NCBI RefSeq assembly: GCF_000010625.1
Contig: NC_010296.1
Location: forward strand, 4,260,001-4,292,000
Length of the DNA: 32,000 nt
Source: Microcystis aeruginosa NIES-843
GTDB taxonomy: Bacteria; Cyanobacteriota; Cyanobacteriia; Cyanobacteriales; Microcystaceae
Direction of reading: 5' to 3'
In this document: positions 1 to 8,279 of the stretch, in pieces
Layout: every line of letters starts with the position of its first letter
Numbering within the stretch: the stretch's first letter is position 1
Made by a program: the position numbers and the translations under genes
The notes under the pieces: generated by a model
What the model was told of the DNA's origin: nothing
Seen by the model: the letters and a program-made list of their open reading frames with translations, nothing else
Databases searched by the model: none

Positions 1-100
1 ATGGGAGAATAGCTGCAACAAATAATTAACTATAGCTTATAGTTAAAGGACTATCCGGCAGCGCGACCGCTATCTTGGCAGAAAATATCAAAAAAAATCA

Positions 101-586
101 ATGGAAGCAATTAAAAAGGAATTGAAAAAAATCGGTTCTCTTGCCCTGTTTTTTTTCTTGGCTTTCGGTTATATTCTTCTGATCATGAAATTATTTCTGG
201 AAGAATATTCGATTACTACCTACGTTTTGGGTAAAGCGAGCTTAGGGGCGATCATTGCGGCAAAAACCGTGGCCATTCTCGACGCAGCCATGAAGCTAGA
301 ATGGTTAGAAAATCGACCCCGTTACCTTAGCATTCTGTATCGAACCTTTGTTTATACCCTAGCAGCACTGATTCTCGGCTCGATCGAGGGTTTTCTGGAA
401 GCTTATCGGGTAACGCGGGTAATTTCGGAGGCAATGGCCAAATTTTGGCAAAGGGAAAGTTTCTCTCAAATCCTTGCGGTTACTCTCTGTCTAGCAGTGG
501 TTTTTTGTCTCCACAATCTCTGGCAAGAAATCGATCGCTATTGGGGTAAAGGCAAATTGAGAAAATTTTTTCTCGGTCGCTCCTAG
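101..586 (+). CDS. Hypothetical polytopic membrane protein
   Basis: 161-aa ORF with about four hydrophobic segments (LALFFFLAFGYILLIM, LGAIIAAKTVAIL, FVYTLAALILGSI, ILAVTLCLAVVFCL). No catalytic motif recognised. Confidence 0.45.
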   Translation: MEAIKKELKKIGSLALFFFLAFGYILLIMKLFLEEYSITTYVLGKASLGAIIAAKTVAILDAAMKLEWLENRPRYLSILYRTFVYTLAALILGSIEGFLEAYRVTRVISEAMAKFWQRESFSQILAVTLCLAVVFCLHNLWQEIDRYWGKGKLRKFFLGRS

Positions 587-870
587 AGTACAGCAGTTAT
601 CTTAATGGTGAGATGGCAAGTTTTCCTTTTGGGGAGTCGGGAGATAAGAGTCAGGGATTTAGGGAGATAGGGATTTAGGGAAATTTCAGCTAAATTCCCC
701 ACTACCCCCCGCAACGCGCACGCAGTGACCACCCCACTACCCCACTACCCCACGAAAAACTTGTTCAGCAAACCCTATTTAAGCAGTGTGTGCGATCGCC
801 CTATCTTTCCAGGGCAACCGCTGCTACGATAAAATACGGGTGAAAAATTGCTAATCCAAGGAGTACAGAC

Positions 871-987
871 GTGATTGAACCTTTAGTGCTAGGGATTGTC
901 CTAGGCTTAATTCCCATTACCCTAGCGGGTTTGTTCGTTGCCGCCTACTTACAGTACAAACGGGGCAATCAATTCGGCTTAGACTAA
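871..987 (+). CDS. petG: Cytochrome b6-f complex subunit 5 (PetG), 38 aa, GTG start
   Basis: Hand translation gives [38 protein letters not shown], which matches the conserved PetG sequence as I remember it. It is below the length cutoff of the ORF track. AAGGAG lies 7 nt upstream of the GTG. Confidence 0.85.
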   Translation: MIEPLVLGIVLGLIPITLAGLFVAAYLQYKRGNQFGLD

Positions 988-1018
988 ATCTATCACGCCA
1001 ATCCCCCGAATTGAGACA

Positions 1019-1055
1019 ATCTCCCGTCAAGCTAGGCACTAGACGGGAGATTTTC
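1019..1055 (+). terminator. Rho-independent terminator downstream of petG
   Basis: Stem ATCTCCCGTC (1019-1028) pairs with GACGGGAGAT (1042-1051) across a 13-nt loop, followed by a T run. It sits 32 nt after the petG stop. Confidence 0.55.
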
Positions 1056-1157
1056 AACAGGACAAATTTGCCGCTTAACAGATTGTGGCTGCCGGGGTTG
1101 CCATCCCTGCACAACTCCTCTGTCTTTTTGGGAAAGCGATCGCCAAAAAACCAAAGG

Positions 1158-1709
1158 CTACACGGCTGTTAAACTAGGAAAACGAATGACAGTTTCCGTA
1201 TATTCGGGAACCCATCCGGCGGTACTGGTGAAGTAACGTACTGCTTTAACTCGTTTACTGGCAGTGAGGTGAAACCAGTGTTCGCTATGGGCGGGAACAT
1301 TGATATATTCTTGAGGTTGAATAGTTAATTCCCCCTGAGAACCATCGGCAAAGACAAAGCCAAAAACCCCCTCCCCATCAATGATATAACGCACCTCATC
1401 GTCGGCGTGGGTGTGACAGCGCTCGAATTTTGCCAGTAAAGTGTCGAGATTGGCAATTTCAGGGTGTAAAACGATTAAATCTCTAGCTTGATAACCCGCT
1501 TCTTGCTTTAGTTGCTCAAAATAACCGTCTAAGCTGGTTAAAACTATTTCTTTTTCTTCGTCAGTCAGAGAAGCTTGTTTAAGTAGCTGACGAGTGGCTT
1601 CGTTTTCGATCGGCCAATAGTTTAAAGTAACATTTAATTTGGCTAATTCCAGACTAATATCGGCTAACTGGGTATAGGTTGTCCCATTCTCTAAGCGTAG
1701 TATCGCCAT
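1158..1709 (-). CDS. mtnD: Acireductone dioxygenase (ARD/MtnD-like cupin, methionine salvage)
   Basis: The C-terminal half carries ARD signature blocks: CHTHADDEVRYIIDGEGVF, NVPAHSEHWF, AVRYFTSTAGWVP. Size of 183 aa is typical. Confidence 0.75.
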   Translation of the reverse strand: MAILRLENGTTYTQLADISLELAKLNVTLNYWPIENEATRQLLKQASLTDEEKEIVLTSLDGYFEQLKQEAGYQARDLIVLHPEIANLDTLLAKFERCHTHADDEVRYIIDGEGVFGFVFADGSQGELTIQPQEYINVPAHSEHWFHLTASKRVKAVRYFTSTAGWVPEYTETVIRFPSLTAV

Positions 1710-1840
1710 TAGTTATCATCCTCAAGATTACTTTTTCCATTTTAAAGTTTTCCAGAGAGAAGCCGCTCGATTTTTTGCCCCTCGATCCCTTGCCAGTTCC
1801 TAGGATTTTCTGCTCAAAAATGCTATTATGGTCTATATAT

Positions 1841-1913
1841 GGGGAATTAGCTCAGTTGGTAGAGTGCTGCGATCGCACCGCAGAGGTCAGGGATTCGAGT
1901 TCCCTATTCTCCA
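1841..1913 (+). tRNA. tRNA-Ala (anticodon CGC)
   Basis: Cloverleaf folded by hand: acceptor GGGGAAT/ATTCTCC with the G3:U70 alanine identity pair, D arm GCTC-AGTTGGTA-GAGT, anticodon arm CTGCG-AUCGCAC-CGCAG, T arm AGGGA-TTCGAGT-TCCCT, discriminator A. CCA is not encoded. A HIP1 site lies in the anticodon arm. Confidence 0.85.
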
Positions 1914-1954
1914 TTTTCCAGAGATATTAACCGCTTTTCAAGGTTCAAGAAAGA

Positions 1955-2206
1955 TTATGAACCAGTCTCAACTTCCCAAAAAGGCGTTACTTTTATTTCT
2001 GGGGAGAATAGCAGAGGATTACTGACAGAAAAGCTAAAGGATTTGACTTGTGGTGGTAATTTTCCTTGAAAAAATGCCATTAATTCCTGATCATTTCTCG
2101 GTAAGTGACTAAGGATAACTCCATTAGCTGAATTATCTTGAACAAAGCGAAAATTGGCTTGAGTTCCATCCAGATAATTAACGTTAATTATCACGGGAGG
2201 GATTCT
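1955..2206 (-). pseudogene. Detached C-terminal fragment of the IS-split membrane protein gene (see 3883..5865)
   Basis: After removing the IS (2211..3894) and one copy of the AAAT duplication, codons run ...KKIF-RIPPV-IINVNYLDG... in one frame from 5865 to the stop at 1955. Confidence 0.7.
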
Positions 2207-2210
2207 AAAT

Positions 2211-3894
2211 AGGGTTTGCTGAAAAAGTCATTGAAAAGTACAGGTCTCTTAATCAATGATTTCACTTAGCTACAAGCATAAGCTTTAGTTGTTGATTAAT
2301 TTTTAAATTATAACTTATCCTAATCATTGACCGAGAAAAAGTGCTGTTTTTCCATTTCAGACATAAAAAAGCCCAAAAAACCTGCCTCAACAGGTTAGAA
2401 AGATTCATGACTAAAAAAGTAATAGCAATCGCTGAAAAGGAAGTATGAGGAAGTTTAGCCATCACTTTACCTAAGCTAAATCTTCTTTTCCCTTGTCCAA
2501 ATTTGCCCTCTATACAATTCCGAATCCTCTCATCATCAGTAGCTTGTTTCTTTTGTTCTTTACTAACATTTTTGGCTGGTCTTCCTAATGGGGGACCACT
2601 GATTCTGATTCCCCTTTCTTTACACCAAGCTCGGTTTTCTCTGGTTCGATAAATTTTGTCCACATGAACTGATTCTGGATAGTATCCTGTATAGTCATAA
2701 TAAGCTTCTATTTGTGCTTTTAAATCTCCCGATTCATTAAAGTTATCCCAACTAATCCGGTCTAAAAATATGTAACCATCTATACAGCTTGCTGAGAATT
2801 TGGCCCCAAATTCTACGGGTTTTCCAGCTTTTCCTCTGACTATCGGACGGATGTGGGGTTGAGTTAAGCTGACAATTCTGTCTTCAATACTCTGTTTGTT
2901 ATTTTGGTACATCCAGAGTTGTTGGCGATAAACTTCTGTGACTACTAATAACAGTTTATAGTCTCTTTTTTTCAAGCTTTGTAGAGAGGCTCCTTCTGCT
3001 AAAAGTTGTTCAATATGGTCGAGATTTCTTTTCAGATATTGCAGTTGTCTTTTTAGAGCTTTTCGTCTTTGTTTGACGGTAGGTTTTCTTTTTTTTGCTA
3101 CTTCTAAATAACTTTTTCTGGCCAGGAGACGATAGGTTCTCGGTTTTTGAACAAGTTTTCCTTTTATAGTTTCATAGAGAATATCAATAATTTTTTCGGT
3201 TTGTTTTCTTCCTTGATTTAACAGGTTTAAATCCGTAGGATAACTAATATCTGCGGGCGCACAACTGGCATCTAAAATTAATTTACCTCGATTTTCTGGT
3301 TGACTTTGGGTTTCGCTCTCTAACTTTTTTTCGGTGTTTTCTTCTTCTTTTATTTCTCTCGAATTTTTGACCATAAAGCGATTCACTTTATTAATTAGTT
3401 CCCGAGTGATTCTTTCTCGAAAGTGAACCAACATTGACGCTTCAAACTGGGGTTCATTGCTGTAGGCTGAAAACCCCAAGAAGTATTGTAAATAAGGATT
3501 TTCCTTGATTTGTTCTACCGTTTCTCTATCGCTTGTTCCTAATTTTTCTTTAATAATTAATGCTCCTAGTGCTGTCCTAAATGTTTTGGCGGGTGCGCCC
3601 ATTTCTTCTGAAAAAAGTGATGCGTATTCCGCTTCAAATTCTGACCAGGGAATGAGGTTGGCCATAATTACCCAACGATTATCTTGGGATAATTTCCCCT
3701 CAAAGGGCAGCTCGAAGTTTTCTGGTGGGGTTGAGGGTAACTCGCTTTTACGGTACATTAGCACTAATTAGAGAAGATGCAAGGGTGATGCAAGGGTTTT
3801 AAGAGATTCTAGCAGATTTAAGTGCATTTGGGAAGCTCTCAATCAAGCTAAAAGCCCTTTCCTGTAAGGTTTTTAGATTTATTCAGCAAACCCT
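2211..3894 (-). mobile_element. Insertion sequence (IS5/IS1182-type), 1684 bp, 13-bp terminal inverted repeats, 4-bp target duplication
   Basis: Left end AGGGTTTGCTGAA (2211-2223) is the reverse complement of right end TTCAGCAAACCCT (3882-3894). Direct repeat AAAT is at 2207-2210 and 3895-3898. A single 500-aa transposase ORF lies inside. Confidence 0.8.
2262..3764 (-). CDS. DDE transposase, IS5/IS1182-type (InsH-like N-terminal domain)
   Basis: The N-terminus (FELPFEGKLSQDNRWVIMANLIPWSEFE...ENPYLQYFLGF) resembles the InsH N-terminal domain. Blocks typical of IS5-superfamily DDE transposases: ILDASCAPADISYPTDLNLL, VHVDKIYRTRENRAWCKERGI and IRNCIEGKFGQGKRRF. The exact family is uncertain. Confidence 0.8.
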   Translation of the reverse strand: MLMYRKSELPSTPPENFELPFEGKLSQDNRWVIMANLIPWSEFEAEYASLFSEEMGAPAKTFRTALGALIIKEKLGTSDRETVEQIKENPYLQYFLGFSAYSNEPQFEASMLVHFRERITRELINKVNRFMVKNSREIKEEENTEKKLESETQSQPENRGKLILDASCAPADISYPTDLNLLNQGRKQTEKIIDILYETIKGKLVQKPRTYRLLARKSYLEVAKKRKPTVKQRRKALKRQLQYLKRNLDHIEQLLAEGASLQSLKKRDYKLLLVVTEVYRQQLWMYQNNKQSIEDRIVSLTQPHIRPIVRGKAGKPVEFGAKFSASCIDGYIFLDRISWDNFNESGDLKAQIEAYYDYTGYYPESVHVDKIYRTRENRAWCKERGIRISGPPLGRPAKNVSKEQKKQATDDERIRNCIEGKFGQGKRRFSLGKVMAKLPHTSFSAIAITFLVMNLSNLLRQVFWAFLCLKWKNSTFSRSMIRISYNLKINQQLKLMLVAK

Positions 3895-5865
3895 AAATAT
3901 TTTTTTGATTATTTTACCCAACCAAGAATATTCAAATTTAACTTGAACACGAGTAATCCCACTATTACGAGTAGGTAATTCATAGACTTGATCCCAAGTA
4001 ATATTAGTAGTCTCTCCTAGAGGGGTTGGACTGCAACGACTGACTTTTTGTCTTTCTAGAAGATAAAAGTTGGTTTTGATTGCGGGGATTTGGAAGGGCG
4101 AATTTACCGAGTCAAGTTGATAATTACAAACCACATAGGAAAAGGCTTTAGGTTCATCAAAAAAAGGATGTCTGTCATCAATAGATTGAAAGTGATAAAT
4201 CAGATAATCTCTGGGAGATTGAGATAAGCTTTGATAATTTAGTTCATCCAGTTTTTCTGTATAAGCAGAATAGGATTGAATAATCGGCCTCGGTTTCCAA
4301 TTAAGCTGATTGCCCGGAATAAGTGAAAATTCCCAGGGAATTATATCAATAGTTTTGCCTTGCACTTTTTCCAGCACAGAATCGGGAAGTTTTAGTCTAT
4401 TATTTAACTTAACTAAATTTTCGCTCGTAATCCTTTGAACCTCTGCTTGAAATTTATTGTTATCGAGCAATAAAACAACAATATTTATGTTATTGGCTAC
4501 TTTTGAAGGATTGAGGTTACTAAATTTATAATTTCTAATTATTGTCAATAAACTTAATTTACTCGGTTCATTTATATAGTTTATATAGTTTATTCGTTGA
4601 AATGTAATACCAACACAAGATAGTAATACGATTAAGTAAATCATGTATAATTTTGGTTTATTTTTAACTGGATTATCGTCAATTTTGATCAAGTATAATG
4701 AGATGATTAGCAGGACAATAATACAGAACAGCACTACATGGAAATCCTGACGAACAAATCCGTGCTTAAATCCTAGAAATAGAGTAAATAGTAGGGCAGT
4801 ACCTAGACTAATCGAACCACTATTGCACAGACGAAAAAGTAGATTTATTATCACTGCACAACATAGTATTGCTAATATCAAAGATATGAATGCTCTCTTA
4901 GAACCTGTAAGACTCATGGCACTGGAATAACCTGAAGATATTTGCCAAGAATTGAGTATATATTCATATAAAGAAGGAAAGTTATTTGATGAAAAACTTT
5001 GAATTAATAAAGTTGTATAAAACAGATAAAAAACTAGATAAGGTAATAATTTTTTAAAAAATGTTGTCAGCCTTGTTTTATTCAAAATTTTATCAATAAC
5101 AAAAGCTACTATTCCCGAAATTATAAAATTAACCAATAGTTTTGTTAAAACTGTTATTGATTGCCCAGAATATAAAAAAATACTAGCAACAGAAATAGCG
5201 ATTAAAGTGAAATTAAACAGGGATTGAATATATTTAATCAAATTCTTTAGTTTTTGTTTTCTATAGGCTAGGTAAAAGCCCGAAAATAAAAAGAGATAAA
5301 AAGTACCCGCTATATAAATTCCCAAGGTTAACTTAGTTAAAATAGCTAACCCAGTAAACATACCTACTATAATAGAATTTACTTGTAAATATTTTACAAA
5401 AAATTTCTCAAAACTTAAAACCAGTAAAAATATAGAAAATATTTGATAATCTGTCGTAAATCCTATAGTATTGTCGTAATGAATTCCTAGAACAAATATA
5501 AAAATACAATTAATTAATATCAATATTTTAAAACTATTTGTTTGTAACTTTATGATCCTTAAAATCAATAATCCTAATAGGACAAAATGAACTGCAAATC
5601 TGAAAAGTATAATTTGCTTAAAATTGCTATATAAAGCAGCTCCTTGCGTTAAATATCCCAGAGGCCCATAGGTAAAAACTATCTCTTTTCCAAAAACTAA
5701 CTTTTCCTTGGCTGCTTGACTAATTCCGTAAGACCAAGAAGCATCTAATCCAGGGTTTATTAAGTGTATCGTCGGCAAAAATGCCAAAAACAGGTAAGTC
5801 TGAGTTAGACTAATAATTAAATTAAAAACGATTGTTTTTGAAGCAAGTATTTTGGTGATTTGCAT
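3883..5865 (-). CDS. Large polytopic membrane protein, N-terminal 657 codons native, truncated by IS insertion (last 3 codons and the stop come from the IS end)
   Basis: More than 12 hydrophobic segments, then a soluble C-terminal region. It ends ...KKIFRVC*, where RVC* is encoded by the IS inverted repeat. Very AT-rich: 12/60 and 22/60 G+C in the two 60-nt lines I counted (roughly 20-37%). Confidence 0.7.
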   Translation of the reverse strand: MQITKILASKTIVFNLIISLTQTYLFLAFLPTIHLINPGLDASWSYGISQAAKEKLVFGKEIVFTYGPLGYLTQGAALYSNFKQIILFRFAVHFVLLGLLILRIIKLQTNSFKILILINCIFIFVLGIHYDNTIGFTTDYQIFSIFLLVLSFEKFFVKYLQVNSIIVGMFTGLAILTKLTLGIYIAGTFYLFLFSGFYLAYRKQKLKNLIKYIQSLFNFTLIAISVASIFLYSGQSITVLTKLLVNFIISGIVAFVIDKILNKTRLTTFFKKLLPYLVFYLFYTTLLIQSFSSNNFPSLYEYILNSWQISSGYSSAMSLTGSKRAFISLILAILCCAVIINLLFRLCNSGSISLGTALLFTLFLGFKHGFVRQDFHVVLFCIIVLLIISLYLIKIDDNPVKNKPKLYMIYLIVLLSCVGITFQRINYINYINEPSKLSLLTIIRNYKFSNLNPSKVANNINIVVLLLDNNKFQAEVQRITSENLVKLNNRLKLPDSVLEKVQGKTIDIIPWEFSLIPGNQLNWKPRPIIQSYSAYTEKLDELNYQSLSQSPRDYLIYHFQSIDDRHPFFDEPKAFSYVVCNYQLDSVNSPFQIPAIKTNFYLLERQKVSRCSPTPLGETTNITWDQVYELPTRNSGITRVQVKFEYSWLGKIIKKIFRVC

Positions 5866-5892
5866 AGCTTTATTGTTAGAATTTTTCCTAGT

Positions 5893-6960
5893 TTAAAAAA
5901 TACCTTTTAATTCCTTTTCATGGGTGTGAATCCAATCAAAAATATCTTGGATTAATTTTCTACCGTCTCGCTGGGGTTGCCATCCAGTTACAGAAGTGAT
6001 TTTGCGGGAATCAGTGATAAAAATTGGCATATCTCCGGTGCGATTTTCGGGAATTGCCTCAATCATTATACTATTGCCCGTGATTTCTTGACATAGTTTT
6101 GTGGTTTCGCAAAGAGACAAAGAAAAATCTTGCCCACCCCCCACATTAAAAGTCTGCCCTTTGAATTGTTCTAAATTAGCAATCTGAATATCGATTAAAT
6201 CGAGTAAATCAGCTACATGAAGAAAATCTCTAACCTGTTTCCCCGTACCCCCATAACCGATATATTTTAAGGACTTCTGAAAGTAATGATTAGCCACCCA
6301 AAGGGCAAAAACTCCCTGATCAACTTTTCCCATCTGCCAAGGACCAGTTAAAACTCCACAGCGATTAATTAAAGTTCTTAATCCGTAGGCATCCCCATAT
6401 TCATTAATAATCAGTTCCGATGCTAACTTAGTAGAACCGTAGAGAGAACGGGGCAAATCTAAGGGAAATTGTTCACTGATACCAAAAGCAGAAACCCCGG
6501 GTAAATCTTGCTGTTCAGATAACTGAAAACGAGTATCTGTCTCTGTATAGTTTAATTGATTAAGATAGGCAATAGGATAAACTCTGCTAGTGGAGAGAAA
6601 AATAAAATCAGCTTGGGTTTGTCTAGCTAATTCTAAACAGTTAATCGTTCCAATTAAGTTGGTTTGCAAAACATAGCCAGGGGAAGTATAACCAGCTAAA
6701 ACGGAAGGTTCTGCCGAACATTCTAGGATTAAATCCACTGGCAAAGCGGATGCTTCTAAGTCTTCCGCATTTCTGACATCTCCATGAACAAATTCAATTC
6801 CCGCCTGTTTGAGACGGGGAATATTTAACTCAGAACCGCGACGTTTTAAGTTATCTAAAGCGATAATTTTCCAATCAGGATAACGTTGGGCTAATCCCAA
6901 ACCTAAGGAACTGCCCACAAAACCCGCACCACCAGTAATTAACACTTGCCTAGTCATCAA
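5893..6960 (-). CDS. NAD-dependent epimerase/dehydratase (extended SDR, CDP-paratose-2-epimerase-like)
   Basis: Rossmann motif VLITGGAGFVGSSLG, catalytic YGSTK (YxxxK), 355 aa, and the conserved GTGKQVRDFLHVADL block. Confidence 0.85.
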   Translation of the reverse strand: MMTRQVLITGGAGFVGSSLGLGLAQRYPDWKIIALDNLKRRGSELNIPRLKQAGIEFVHGDVRNAEDLEASALPVDLILECSAEPSVLAGYTSPGYVLQTNLIGTINCLELARQTQADFIFLSTSRVYPIAYLNQLNYTETDTRFQLSEQQDLPGVSAFGISEQFPLDLPRSLYGSTKLASELIINEYGDAYGLRTLINRCGVLTGPWQMGKVDQGVFALWVANHYFQKSLKYIGYGGTGKQVRDFLHVADLLDLIDIQIANLEQFKGQTFNVGGGQDFSLSLCETTKLCQEITGNSIMIEAIPENRTGDMPIFITDSRKITSVTGWQPQRDGRKLIQDIFDWIHTHEKELKGIF

Positions 6961-6984
6961 AAATACTCCTCTAGATGATAATTA

Positions 6985-8256
6985 TCAAACAACTTGATTT
7001 TTTTTCCGTTTGCGCTTATAGTCGCCTCTAGAAAGGTGTTTTTCTAACCAGATAGAGAGAACTATAAATAAATAACGACTGCCCATTTCCTTGAGTTTTA
7101 ACTTGGAAACCCCCGTGGTACGATTGCGCCAAGTGATGGGAATTGTCGTATAGGAATATCCTCGCACGATTGCTTTTAAGGGCATCTCTACTGTTAAGTT
7201 AAAATGGTGAGATAGTAGAGGTGAGATTCCTTCGATAACCTCCTTACGATAGATTTTAAAGGCGTTAGTGGTATCATTAAATTTTAGCCCAAATAAAACT
7301 TGAATGAATAGATTAGCCAAACGATTGACGAATAACTTGTGCCTGGGATAATCAATAACTTTTCCTCCTTTGATAAAACGAGAACCAAAAACGCAATCGT
7401 AGCCTTCTTGGAGTTTATAATAATAGTCCACCATGTTATCGGGAGAGTCGGAATTATCTGCCATTACTACCGCAACTGCATCCCCGCTAAAATTTTCTAA
7501 TCCACAGCGCACCGCAAAACCAAAACCATTGGGATAATAGTTATTGATGTAGCGAATCCGAGGATTTTCTTGGTTGATTTTTTGCAGAACTGCTTCGGTG
7601 TTATCTTTGCTATTGTCATTAACCACTAGGATTTCATAATCAATTTTATCCTCTTCTAAACGTTCAGATATTAAGTGAGTTGTGCTTTCGATGCAATCTT
7701 CTTCGTTGTAAGCAGGAATAACTATTGATAGGGTTTTTACTGCATAGTTATCCCTTGATTGACGTGGGTGAGAGTAACCGTCCATCTGGAAAGCTGGTGC
7801 TAATCCTTCGGGATAGTACATTTCTGTCTCATTAGTCTTATTCTTAGGTTTAAAAATTAGGCTATCACTGGCAACATAATTAATACTGGCCCCCAGTAAA
7901 ACCCCAATCATTGTGTTAACTCCGGGGCTAATTCCTAACCAGTTTAAGAAGGGAAATATCAAGAAAACTCGCAGTAAAACTGCTAAACCTGCCGAGAGAT
8001 GATAGAGAGGAAGTTGTATCAAAATCACATCTCTGATTGTCCAATCTCCTCCAGTCCACACCCAGATTCTATAGATAAAGAAACTAGCAATTAAAGATAT
8101 TTCTATAGAGATAACGTTGGCCACATTCTTCAGAAATGGTGTATTAAATCCCAAGTCATCAATGAACCAATAAATTAAGAATAAGTTGATTAGAAATGCC
8201 ACTCCCCCAGCAATGAGAAATCGGAAAATTTTATTGTTGTAGATTTTAGTTAACAT
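6985..8256 (-). CDS. GtrA-like membrane domain fused to family-2 glycosyltransferase (polyprenyl-phosphate sugar synthase-like)
   Basis: The N-terminal ~130 aa have four TM helices of GtrA type (FRFLIAGGVAFLINL...). The GT2 core follows: LSIVIPAYNEE, ILVVNDNSKDNT, AVVMADNSD. The C-terminal TM segment resembles DPM1/ArnC/GtrB enzymes. Confidence 0.8.
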   Translation of the reverse strand: MLTKIYNNKIFRFLIAGGVAFLINLFLIYWFIDDLGFNTPFLKNVANVISIEISLIASFFIYRIWVWTGGDWTIRDVILIQLPLYHLSAGLAVLLRVFLIFPFLNWLGISPGVNTMIGVLLGASINYVASDSLIFKPKNKTNETEMYYPEGLAPAFQMDGYSHPRQSRDNYAVKTLSIVIPAYNEEDCIESTTHLISERLEEDKIDYEILVVNDNSKDNTEAVLQKINQENPRIRYINNYYPNGFGFAVRCGLENFSGDAVAVVMADNSDSPDNMVDYYYKLQEGYDCVFGSRFIKGGKVIDYPRHKLFVNRLANLFIQVLFGLKFNDTTNAFKIYRKEVIEGISPLLSHHFNLTVEMPLKAIVRGYSYTTIPITWRNRTTGVSKLKLKEMGSRYLFIVLSIWLEKHLSRGDYKRKRKKNQVV

Positions 8257-8279
8257 AAGGAACTCAACTCAATATAAAT

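Noticed and set aside
917-1114. 65-aa minus-strand ORF
   Set aside because: It is antisense to the well-supported petG gene and its terminator hairpin, with no recognisable features.
1679-2025. Plus-strand ORFs 1679..1930 and 1828..2025
   Set aside because: They run across the ARD gene start region and straight through the tRNA-Ala gene, so they are frame artefacts.
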